A stretch of 64,000 nucleotides of DNA from a virus: positions 32,001-96,000 of IMG/VR virus record IMGVR_UViG_3300032722_000006. One strand, written 5' to 3'. The first letter of the stretch is position 1, and each line of letters begins with the position of its first letter. The notes under the pieces are model-generated. The model did not search any database, was not told the DNA's origin, and saw only the letters and a list, made by a program, of their open reading frames with translations. This document shows, piece after piece, positions 19,861 through 30,411 of this stretch. The position numbers were made by a program, and so were the translations under genes.

Positions 19861-21168
19861 ATGGGAACGACAAGCTTCATCACGGCATCATCTGCAATCC
19901 TGGGATCGCACATCGGTTCATTCCAACCGATCTTCCAACCAATCTTCACGCATGACACGTCATTCTTTGACGAGGGGCCTAACCAGAACCTTCCCAGACA
20001 ATCGTTAGCTGTAGAACAGTCTGTGATGTCTAGCAGTCTCTCTAACCTGTCAAGCTCGTATCCGTACCTGCAAGGTATCGAGATCAGTACGCAAGCGCAG
20101 TACGACGCAGGATTCGTCAAGATTTGGTCAGGTGAACCCGGACATCGGATGCCTCAGCTTACCTTCGATGAAGGTGTTGAGGTCGTGTCTAGCCCGTTCT
20201 CAGACGGCACATCAGACTCCTTCAACGTATTCAGCAAGACAGTCACTGATTTCAACGAGAACATGCATTTTCCGGTGTTGCAATTTCCTTTGCAGAACAC
20301 CTCAGAGAATCCGCACCTGAACGCAAGGACCTTCCTCTACAAGACGATCGTTGTCAAGGCAAACGATGGAAGGACAGTGCAATACAGGCTCGATCAGGAC
20401 CTCGAAAGTACAGTGATGAGCAGCATCATTGAACCTCTTGCGATCAGACTGACGCCCTCGTTCTACAACAGTGACGTGCCCGTCAGCGTCAATCAGGTCA
20501 GAGGGTTCGCAGGACAGGGAAACGCTGATCCTTCAGGCGCATGCGATGACGTTGTGACAGTCGATCGCTTCTGGGCAACGTCAGGCATGACGAAAAGCAA
20601 GGCGCCTGGACAAGCACCGTTCATTGACGATCAGTTGGGCTTGAACCCACAAGAGTACTTCACGAACACAGTGTTGGACGTCACAGGATCGTACTACGGG
20701 GTCTTCTTCAATGACACGCTCGCTGGCGTGTACTACCCAAGCGATGCGTTCGGATTGTATGCTCCCGTCACATCATCGTACGCATTCGCACAATTGTCTG
20801 GTAGCGCTGGCACGTTCCTCATCACTGGATCCTTTCGTTTCAATAGCACACAGTTCAACGAGGAGACGATCGATGAATTGATGTATCAGGGTGTCCTCGC
20901 GCAGAGTGAGAAAACGCTAGACATGCCAGAGAAACGCCCAGCATTCTTTAGCGTTGCAAGTGCGCCCTTTGCAGACGTACGATACGTCAGGAACGTTCCT
21001 GCACCTGCGACTGAAAGCACCAGCATGTTGAACGTGATGTCGCTGATGACAGGGTCGACAGATAACTACGTCAGCTACGATGAGGTATCTGCTACGTGCG
21101 GGTGGTACTATGATAACAATACGAGCGTCGGGACAGACTCCCTTGCGTTCGGAGGGATGACATACTGA
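19861..21168 (+). CDS. Putative virion structural protein
   Basis: Coupled to neighbours (TGA-C-ATG); C-terminal GTDSLAFGG. Confidence 0.65.
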   Translation: MGTTSFITASSAILGSHIGSFQPIFQPIFTHDTSFFDEGPNQNLPRQSLAVEQSVMSSSLSNLSSSYPYLQGIEISTQAQYDAGFVKIWSGEPGHRMPQLTFDEGVEVVSSPFSDGTSDSFNVFSKTVTDFNENMHFPVLQFPLQNTSENPHLNARTFLYKTIVVKANDGRTVQYRLDQDLESTVMSSIIEPLAIRLTPSFYNSDVPVSVNQVRGFAGQGNADPSGACDDVVTVDRFWATSGMTKSKAPGQAPFIDDQLGLNPQEYFTNTVLDVTGSYYGVFFNDTLAGVYYPSDAFGLYAPVTSSYAFAQLSGSAGTFLITGSFRFNSTQFNEETIDELMYQGVLAQSEKTLDMPEKRPAFFSVASAPFADVRYVRNVPAPATESTSMLNVMSLMTGSTDNYVSYDEVSATCGWYYDNNTSVGTDSLAFGGMTY

Positions 21169-21169
21169 C

Positions 21170-24100
21170 ATGCCTGCCACAACCATCTCGACAAGGACAG
21201 CGCCTCCTCGAAAGTTCGAGAACTACATCCTGACGCACCTCGTTGATTCGTCAGCAGGCATAACGAACATCACCGACTCACAGATGGTTCTGTTGAAAGG
21301 ACCTGGTGATCCCAGAGAAACTTTTCGTACGATAGGCGACGCATACTGCAATAACGCAATGTCATTCACTTATCCGATTGGATTTGACTTTGCGCTTGAC
21401 GGCGTCACATACAAAAGTTTCGTTGCTGACACCAACGGCTGGATGGCGCTTGTTGGCCCGGGAACACCATTCAGTCTTTCTCAGATTCTTGAGTATACGG
21501 GTCCGTCCAGCAACGGATCGACAGGATATGAGGATTGGGACAACTCTTTCATCTTGCCTGTGATGGCATCAAACACCGTGTTATTGTGTCCATGGTTTTC
21601 TGACCTCAGAAACGTGCATGGTAGTTTGTATGATGACACTAGTTCAACGTATAGCCGTCAGAAGGAGAAGCGCGTCGGCATGGGACTCGAACCCATGCCA
21701 AGTGTTGTGAATGAACTGTCGCCGGGCGTAAAATACTACAATGACAATCACTCACCAGCGGGAGGTAGACGTCTGATTGTGCGATGGCACAGTCTAAGCA
21801 GTTATAACAATGCAGCTAGCGGCATCTTGAAATTTGAGGTCGTACTGTACGAGAATGGAACGATTGAGTTTAGATACGCACCTAGAACGCCTCTAGCTGT
21901 ACCCGTCAATAGCGGCGAACGTGCGACGATCGGCATTTTCATGCCTAATGGTACGCATCGTTTTCGAGATTTTTCGTCAGGGTTGGGATATGATGATCAA
22001 CGCCAGCAGTACGTGTATGGTGGATACGTGTACGATGCTAGTTATAACGACGGGCAGAGTAACGCGAACTCCTGGTATGATGCTGGTCCATCGTACACAC
22101 ATCCCGTACCATACGCATGGAACCTAAAGCCATACAACAATTGGCCATCCGTTTCAACTGGCGGCGGCACCTTCACATTCTCTCCACCGATGAACCGTCG
22201 AAAGGTGCTTCCTCGCAACCTCATTCGCAAGAATGACGCGATGCTTAAGTTACCGACCGTCGCACGAACAGGTGACAGTCGACTTGGTACCGGTCTTGTT
22301 ACGTTCGATGATCGCAGATCTCCTACGTACTCATCATCAAGCATTGTCAACTACCCATCAACGTTGCCAAGGTTCTTCGGTGGCACCGGCGTAGGAACAC
22401 TTCAACGTCAAGACTTGTTCACGAATGATTTTGTCGCTCCGGGGGGCACGAACAGCAGCGCAATCGATCAATTCATGAATGATGGACCGGTGACGTTGGT
22501 TGATGCATTTAACGAAACAAATCGTTATGAACAAGATCAGGCAACGTTGTCTACGAACTTCTTCGCCACGGGGTCTAGCACCACATATCTCGCTGATGGT
22601 TTCACGCAGAACCTAAAATCAAAGACGCAGATCAAGTTCACATTGAACGTTGACACTAGCGTCACGATGCCCGACATCACGTCAAGCATCTACTACTACA
22701 ACAACACGACGAAAGCGTGGGAAGTACCGCAGAACTCATCATACATCATCGGAAATCTGGCTAGCGGTCCTCCGTCGCCCAATCCTTACGCAGGAGGTGA
22801 TTGGACTGATGCTGCAGTCGACGGCATGAACTGGCAGATCGCTGAGGACATGAAGGGATTTGGTCCGATTGGGAACCTCGTTGCTTCAGGTACGCTTGAT
22901 CGCTACGGTGCATACGCACAGACCGATCCGCAGATCGGCGCAGTGTACGACCCCAAGGCGTTGCCGTACGCGATCGGAAAGTCATACGCAAAGAGCATTC
23001 GAAACAACAACGACTACGTTGCGAATAATGATGAAACGTTCACGCTTCCGATCACGTCACCATTCCTGATTGAAAAAGCCGTCTTTGAGATCCCATTCGC
23101 GGCCGGACCGGGATGGTTCAACGATATAACACAATGTTTCATTCCAGGCAATAGCGCGTTCTACAGAAGTGAAAATCCTGCCGCGACGTCGTTCGATTTC
23201 GCCGGTCCAGCGTTGACTGTCGCCTTATTCAGGCAAGTTCCGCTTGACGGAACTGCAACCGGACCGGGAATTCGCGACCTGATCATGACAGGCACGATCA
23301 CACACACGTACGACAACACGCGCGGAATCATGCTCGCGAGCTTCGCGCCAGCAGATTCGACAACGCAGGTATGGCCTGTTGGATTCCTATCCTATGCCGG
23401 GCCCCCAGGCGCAGTTGTCACTCCCAATTCAACAGGACATTTCACCGGATCAGTCACAATTGAATCAACGGCGCTCAGTTCCGCGGGCGTGATTGTCAAG
23501 TTTATCACAAATTTCATGGCATCGCCCGAAGGCGCAGCTGCGACGGATCTCTCGAACTTCTTGACAAGCACGCCTACACTAACATTGACGACGAACGGCG
23601 TGTTGCAGACCGATGGGAATGGCACACAAAATGTCAACATCGCGTACATCTCTCCTCTTGGGCGTGGAGGTACAGGTTTTCAGCAGGCTGGTCGTTGTAT
23701 CCTCGGAAATGAATACGTGACATTGCAGGGATTGAGCGATCCTGAAGGGTTGGTCGTTCCGAACCCACTGTACACGCCTGTCCTCTCCGATCAACAAAAA
23801 CAGGCGTTAGACCAGGTCGCGTTCGGTGACCTCGACAACATTGCGAAAGCAAACGTTTCAGCAGCAATCCCATTGATCAGTCACTTTCCATCACCTTACC
23901 TCGTGATGCCGGGTGACAAGTTGGTCCTCAGCATCTCAAAGATGCGACCGGTGTTGTATCAACCTCATGATTCATCAGACAACCCGACATACAACACGGC
24001 TTTCTCGAGCTCGACCCAACGCCCGAACGCAGGACACGACGTCAGCCTCGTTCCAGGACAAATTAACATCACACTGTACGGTAGTCAGGTACAGGAAGGT

Positions 24101-25537
24101 GTCGAATTTCATGACACATTGAACCAGCCTCTTGCGTCTGATGTGGTGCATGAGATCATCGGTGCAGAACCGGTGCTTGATCAGTTCGAGATCATGTACA
24201 GGAACGAGCTCAGTGGTAGCTTCACAGACAATGCCGTCTTTGGATCGATGTCAGAAGAAGGTCGTTTCAGATTGCTCAGCTGGCTCAATGCCAACAATGT
24301 TCCTGCAGGCAGCGCGATCACGGACTGGCCTCATGTTGGAACATTTCATATTCTGAGTCCGGAACTGCTTGGGATCAGCAATTCAAAGGCCTATTGGTTG
24401 CAACAGTGGTGGGAGCGCGCTGGGGACGTTAGACTGTCGTCATTCGTAAACTCAAGCGAGAGATTCTATGATTCGATGATGCCATCAATCGACACATGTC
24501 TGATCGCTGACGGTAATGGCATCGTTCTCGGGAATAACATCGGGAATTCTCAACAACTTACGACTAAAAATGTCGGATCAGTCAACCTAGCATTGACTAA
24601 CACAACAAGCCCTAGCGGCACACCCAATGCGATACCGAACTGGTCAATGGCATTTCCATTCGAACCACGGTATGCAAATGCTGCACGTCAGCTTGACATC
24701 TCAAAAGGTTACATCGCAACGCAGGTCTACAACGCAGACGGAACAGTGTCAAACATTTCACCGACAGAGGTGAACGGATTGATCGTCGGGACGTATGAAC
24801 AACATGAAATCTATCTGTTAGGAACAGTTGGATCTCTTCCCGTGTCAACGACAGTGTGGTCGAAATTGGGGATGGGCGTAGGCGCTAGTTGGTTTGTTGA
24901 CGTAAATCTTGCGCAGGGAATTAATTCATACGGATTGTATGTCACAGGATCAACGTCAACTGATGATACGTCACGAATACTCTACGGATACGGTGATAGA
25001 AACACTGTGTTTGCAGATCCGTACGCAGAGTCTACGTTGACAGGAGTGAAGAACTGGCCTGATCAACGCGATGTTGCGTTCCGGGATTCAATTTATGTGC
25101 ACGGAGGCGCCGGTCCCGAGCCAACCAACAATCTATGGTTCTACTCTCCTGTAATTCGAGGGTGGAAGTACGGCGTCTATAGTGGAATCCCTACGTTCAG
25201 CAAGTGCTACTGGCGTCGTGGAAAGTTCGGACAATTCAGGGACATGCTCGAGCAACGTCTAGACACGAAGTACTATGAATCTCCAGAGAATGCTCCTGAT
25301 GATCCTGACTTCGTGCAAGGCGTGAAGGACGCGTGCGTGAATGTCAAGTTCATCAGTCCAGACGGTCGCTTGACGAATCCGTCGAACACATGGTCGAACA
25401 ATCAACACTTTGAGTGCACGTCATCGTTGCCGTTTTTCGATGGTGTCATCACGAGTCGTACGCCCATCAACGTTCAGACGCTCAACAAACGCATCATCTC
25501 GTTCAACAAGGACATATTCGGTAACGTCGCACTGTGA
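21170..25537 (+). CDS. Large putative virion structural protein
   Basis: 1455 aa; FEVVLYENGTIEFRY beta segment; GQFRDMLEQR near C-terminus. Confidence 0.7.
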   Translation: MPATTISTRTAPPRKFENYILTHLVDSSAGITNITDSQMVLLKGPGDPRETFRTIGDAYCNNAMSFTYPIGFDFALDGVTYKSFVADTNGWMALVGPGTPFSLSQILEYTGPSSNGSTGYEDWDNSFILPVMASNTVLLCPWFSDLRNVHGSLYDDTSSTYSRQKEKRVGMGLEPMPSVVNELSPGVKYYNDNHSPAGGRRLIVRWHSLSSYNNAASGILKFEVVLYENGTIEFRYAPRTPLAVPVNSGERATIGIFMPNGTHRFRDFSSGLGYDDQRQQYVYGGYVYDASYNDGQSNANSWYDAGPSYTHPVPYAWNLKPYNNWPSVSTGGGTFTFSPPMNRRKVLPRNLIRKNDAMLKLPTVARTGDSRLGTGLVTFDDRRSPTYSSSSIVNYPSTLPRFFGGTGVGTLQRQDLFTNDFVAPGGTNSSAIDQFMNDGPVTLVDAFNETNRYEQDQATLSTNFFATGSSTTYLADGFTQNLKSKTQIKFTLNVDTSVTMPDITSSIYYYNNTTKAWEVPQNSSYIIGNLASGPPSPNPYAGGDWTDAAVDGMNWQIAEDMKGFGPIGNLVASGTLDRYGAYAQTDPQIGAVYDPKALPYAIGKSYAKSIRNNNDYVANNDETFTLPITSPFLIEKAVFEIPFAAGPGWFNDITQCFIPGNSAFYRSENPAATSFDFAGPALTVALFRQVPLDGTATGPGIRDLIMTGTITHTYDNTRGIMLASFAPADSTTQVWPVGFLSYAGPPGAVVTPNSTGHFTGSVTIESTALSSAGVIVKFITNFMASPEGAAATDLSNFLTSTPTLTLTTNGVLQTDGNGTQNVNIAYISPLGRGGTGFQQAGRCILGNEYVTLQGLSDPEGLVVPNPLYTPVLSDQQKQALDQVAFGDLDNIAKANVSAAIPLISHFPSPYLVMPGDKLVLSISKMRPVLYQPHDSSDNPTYNTAFSSSTQRPNAGHDVSLVPGQINITLYGSQVQEGVEFHDTLNQPLASDVVHEIIGAEPVLDQFEIMYRNELSGSFTDNAVFGSMSEEGRFRLLSWLNANNVPAGSAITDWPHVGTFHILSPELLGISNSKAYWLQQWWERAGDVRLSSFVNSSERFYDSMMPSIDTCLIADGNGIVLGNNIGNSQQLTTKNVGSVNLALTNTTSPSGTPNAIPNWSMAFPFEPRYANAARQLDISKGYIATQVYNADGTVSNISPTEVNGLIVGTYEQHEIYLLGTVGSLPVSTTVWSKLGMGVGASWFVDVNLAQGINSYGLYVTGSTSTDDTSRILYGYGDRNTVFADPYAESTLTGVKNWPDQRDVAFRDSIYVHGGAGPEPTNNLWFYSPVIRGWKYGVYSGIPTFSKCYWRRGKFGQFRDMLEQRLDTKYYESPENAPDDPDFVQGVKDACVNVKFISPDGRLTNPSNTWSNNQHFECTSSLPFFDGVITSRTPINVQTLNKRIISFNKDIFGNVAL

Positions 25538-25602
25538 TCACATCCTAGAGGAGGAGAACGGCTCGATGTCCGTAAGTACTGAATAGCGAGCGTTGACGCG
25601 AG

Positions 25603-28600
25603 ATGGCACAGAAAACACCGACAGGGACTCTGACAGAAGCGCTCAGCTCGTTCTTTGTCTACGTCAATGACACGAACACGGGGAAGATCACGCGTGTTGC
25701 GATCCCGGGCGACACGCAGATCGGCATGGTCGGCAACCCTGCTGAACTGATGCTGACTGGCCGCATATCGTTCAACACGACGCAGTACTTCACTGACAAC
25801 GTCAACAAGGGCGTGATCCTCACGTCCAACAACGACACGATCATAGGCATCAACCTTGACGTTGTGCCCGTCAATGGTCAGATTACCGTGACGTTGCCAG
25901 CAAATCCTCGGCAGGGGCAGGTGCACTACGTCATGGATATGACCGGGACGTCACAGACCGTCCCGATCTACGTTTACCCTGCGTTGCCCGGGCAAACGAT
26001 CGACAACTCAAACGTCTCGATCCTTGAGTTCAACTACAGTTCTCTCGTACTGTGTTGGTTGAATGGACAATGGAGGACACTTGCAACCGGTGCGCATGGA
26101 GGTATCAATAACGTTGTTGGCGAAGGCGGAACAACGGCTGAGATAGTCTCAAACATCGTCACAATCTCGAGCTCGATCTACGCTAATCCGTCATCATCCT
26201 ACCTGATGGCTAGTGCGAGCAACGGTGATTCACCCACCTCACGCTATGTTGCGGCTGTGGCACAGTCTGGCATCCAGATCACTGACAATGGCCCAGGAAA
26301 TCAAATCGTCTGGTCGTTGGTATCTCCATTCGAGGCCGGGCAAGCATTAGACGGGCTCCTCGTCGAGCTGCCAGGCGTCCCTGGTCCAAATTACGGACTT
26401 GATGGCGTCTATACGTTCATCTGTCCTAGCGGCTCTGCAGACATCGCAACGATGGGAGGCATGTCAGGCAGCCTGTACGCTGTCACATTGCAATTCAGGG
26501 GTGCTGTGGCGCCGTGCCCATGGGATTCACCCATCAACGGAGAATGGGGCGCAGCTGCAGCTGGTACATGGGATGGTCAATTCTGGATGGTCAACGGAAC
26601 GCCTCAAGGTAATGAGGTTCAGTTCATACTTGACGTCTCTGATCCTCCTGCACGATATTGCCTGAATGCCGAGCCATCCTGGATCGGGAATCAACCTGAA
26701 TTTACTACTGCACTCTTTTCGATCAATTACACAAAGACAATTCCGATCCGTGGAGGGGCACACGTGACCCTCACGGCAAATGCAACATCGAACGGTGGCG
26801 GTTGGGCAGAGCCTGCCAACGATTCTCACTGCTGGCCAAGCGGTCTTGTCAGTTTTGGATCCACGCTTCCTGCTGGCGCGCCGCCGCAGCCATTCTTGGG
26901 CGAATTCGTATATGTCACGTACGTATCGTCCAGCCTCGTCAACGAGGTGTTCGTATCGAACCAGGGTCTTCAATTGCCTGGTGGAGCGTATCAGTTCATC
27001 GAGACTCTTTACGGCGGAGGTATCCTTGCGAGGAGCGGCAGCAACACAAACGTAAATCGATTCGGCAGTCAGGTCGCCGAGTTGATGATCGACAATACTG
27101 TTGTTGCGACGTTATCAGGAAGCACGTTCTCCGGACCGGTCAAGGCACCGACGATCACTGCGACGTCAACTGTCACGTCACCCATATTCATAGGGAGCCT
27201 GCAACAGGTCTCTCCAGGTGTAGCGTACATCATCGCGACCGGTACGATCACCGTCAGCACCAATAGCCTCGGTCAGATCATCATGACCGGTAGCGAGGGC
27301 GCATTCAACATCTCAGGCTCCGGTGGAACGCTGGTGACCGAGGTTGGCGGATTCTACAACGTGTCATCGAGCCTTTACGCTGATGATCATGCATCATACT
27401 TGCTAATGTCATCGTCCTTCCGGGCGTTGAATTCAAGGCTGTTAGTTGCCGGTTCTGGCATTCAGTTCATCGACGGCGGACCCGGTGGTTCACTGACGAT
27501 CATTGCGTCCAGTAGTATCAGCGAAAATGCGTTTGGAATATGGACTGACACAGGTGCAGGATTATACGCAACGTCAAGCGTGTCAGTTGATCAACAGGGT
27601 CGAACGGCGTCTCAAATTGGCACTGACGTGTGGTTCTTCGTTTCTGGCACGCAGAACGTCCCAGCCGGGCAACCCAACAGGAAGGTTGCTGTATTTGGTG
27701 GCGATCTATTCGTTTCAGGCGCTTTCACGACAACGGGATCGATGCATGTGTTCGGTGCAGAACATATCTCAGGCGATCTCGCAACTTCAGGTTCTCTAAC
27801 TGCGCTAGGTGGGTTGACAGGATCGCTTACACACCTCACAAATGGCCAGATTTACATGGTGGGTCTTGGCACCATCGTGATCTCCACGAACAGCTTGGGT
27901 CAGGTGATCCTATCTGGCACGGCGGGTGCGTCATCACTGTTCACGAGTCTGTCGGGTATCGGCGGTTCAACAGCGTCTAACGATGCGTTTGGCAACTATA
28001 CTGTGTCAAGTTCAATAGGCGCAGACAAGTACGGCAATTACATCGTCGCAGCATTCAATGGTGAGAATCCGAATGAAAGGAAGCTCACGGCCGGAGACGG
28101 CATAGTGTTCGCTGACAATGGCCCGGGGAATAACTGGATCTTTGCACTCAACGTTGTCGGTGCCGGTTCAATCAATGTGTTCACTGCGTCCGGTGGCACT
28201 GTCGTTGTCAGCGGTTCGAACTCAAACGTCACAGCTGTGTACGGTTCTGGCGGTTCAACAGTAACGCCATCAGGTACGGCTTTCACTGTGTCTAGTTCGG
28301 TTGGTGCAAACAAGTACGCACAGTATGTCGTTGTCAACGCTGACGGTGAGAACCCAAATGAGAGGAAGATCACTGCAGGATCGGGCATCTCGATCGCGGA
28401 TGCAGGTGGTAACCTCACGATCACAAATACCGGCGTGATATCTGGCACGACATACGCTGATGCATACGCTACGTACCTGCAGGTTTCGCCTGATCTGAAT
28501 AACGTCGAATCACGTTACGTTGTAGGTCAAGGCGGAATATCCGTGATCGATGGTGGTCCATTCAGCTACTTTGCGATCTCAAGTTCTATCGGATCGTATG

Positions 28601-30402
28601 CATCTGCGTCGTACGTCGTCGTCGGAGCTGACACGAGAAATCCCAATGAACGTGTGTTGACAGCAGGCGCCGGCATCACGTTTGTTGATAGCGGTCCCGG
28701 TGGAACGATCACCGTCAATGGAACTATCGGATCGAGTTCAATCTACGCAAACGTCAGCGCGTCATTCGTCGTCATGCAACCTGACGGTGAGAATCCGAAC
28801 GAGCGTGGGTTGCTAGCGACAGGAGGAAGCACGCTCATCGATACCGGTCCTGGTGGTACTGTCACCATCTCGAGCTCGATCGGCGCATACCCATCATCAT
28901 CGTACATCGTGCTCGGAATTGACGGGCGTAATCCCAACGAACGACGCCTCGTGCAAGGCAATGGAATCACGTACGTTGATCACGGTCCTGGTGGTGACCT
29001 GACGCTTAGCGTGTCAAGTTCGATCTACGCAAACGTATCCTCATCATACCTCGTTCTTGCAGTTGACACGCAGAATCCGAACGAGCGACGTTTGGTGACG
29101 CACGGATCACTACAATCTTTCGACGGCGGCGCTGGATCAGCGTACATCATGCTCGTCACCGGAACACTCAATGATAACGGTACGTTACTCAGCACGACAA
29201 GTTCATTGCAGGCGCCCATCATCACTGCAACGTCAGGATTCACGGGAAGCCTCACGCAGCTCGTTGGAGGCAATCCATTCATCGTAGGAACAGGCAACAC
29301 CACCGTTTCTACAGGGTCACTTGGACAGATCATCATCTCTTCCACGGGAGGCGGAGGAACTTCGCTCGCAGTCTATCAAGCTTCACACGGGTTCACGACC
29401 GGTCAGGCAGTGTACTACACGGGCTCGTCGTGGGCGCTAGCTGAAGCAAACAACGCAAACACGTTGGGTATCGGTGTCGTTCAGTACGTTGACGCGAACA
29501 ACTTCATCCTGTATCAGGTCGGTGAGGTGACAGGATTGTCAGGTCTTTAGTCCGGACAGTACTATTTTGTCAGCGATGCAACGCCCGGGTTGTTGACTAC
29601 GACTGCTCCTACGGCGACGACAAGCTTCTCAAATCCGTTGTTCTTTGCGATTTCGACGACTGCTGGCCTTGTGCTACCGTTCAGGCCATCTGCAATCACA
29701 AGTGGATCGTCAGGTGGTGCCGATGCATATGCATCATACATCCTTGCGTCCAGCGACCCATCGCTCACGAACTCTCGATTGCTCACTGCGGGCTCGAACA
29801 TCACGATCAATGATGGAGGGCCGCTCGGCAGCCTGATCATCAGCAGTTCATTGGGAATTAATGTTGAATTGACCGGTTCATCGCTCATCAACAACCCTCA
29901 TTCAATAATGAACTTCACCGGGAGCGGCGTGGCTGTGTCAGACGTCGCGGGCGTTGCAACAGTATTCGTTCCGTACTTTCAACAGGAGATTGTGTTCATT
30001 GCGGGTGATCAGACGACAGAGAGCAATTCAGCGTTCTTCGTCGCAGGGGCGAGGTCGATCGACACCACACAGTTCCCAGCCACGATGGGATCTCTCAATC
30101 GTTACATGAAGTTCATCGCAACGCTTCAGAACACAGCTGGTGCGACAAAGACGAAGGTTCAGCTATACGATGTAAGAAACCTAGCTGTGATCACAAGTAG
30201 CTCCATGGACAATTCAGGAGCTCCATCGCAGGTTCTACCGTATGATGTGATTAGTCCTGTCATACCTCTTGGAACGGCGACAGGAAGCATTCAGACGAGT
30301 TCACCAGGAATGTATGAGGTTCAGGTTGAGATGGTTGGAGGTTCGACGACTACTGATGCATCAACGTGCTCGAACGCACGGTTGATCGTGTACTACGCTT
30401 GA
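25603..30402 (+). CDS. Repeat-rich tail fibre, interrupted by one in-frame TAG at 29548-29550
   Basis: Track ORFs 25603..29550 and 29590..30402 share a frame; GLSGL*SGQYYFVSDATPGLLT reads as one continuous domain and the same repeat occurs on both sides. Confidence 0.75.
26170..29860 (+). repeat. About 10 dispersed/tandem ~45-aa repeats (A..Y.VV..DGENPNERxLxAGxGIxxxDxGPGG)
   Basis: Counted in the translation; two further copies in 38954..41560. Confidence 0.8.
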
Positions 30403-30411
30403 GGATGACGA

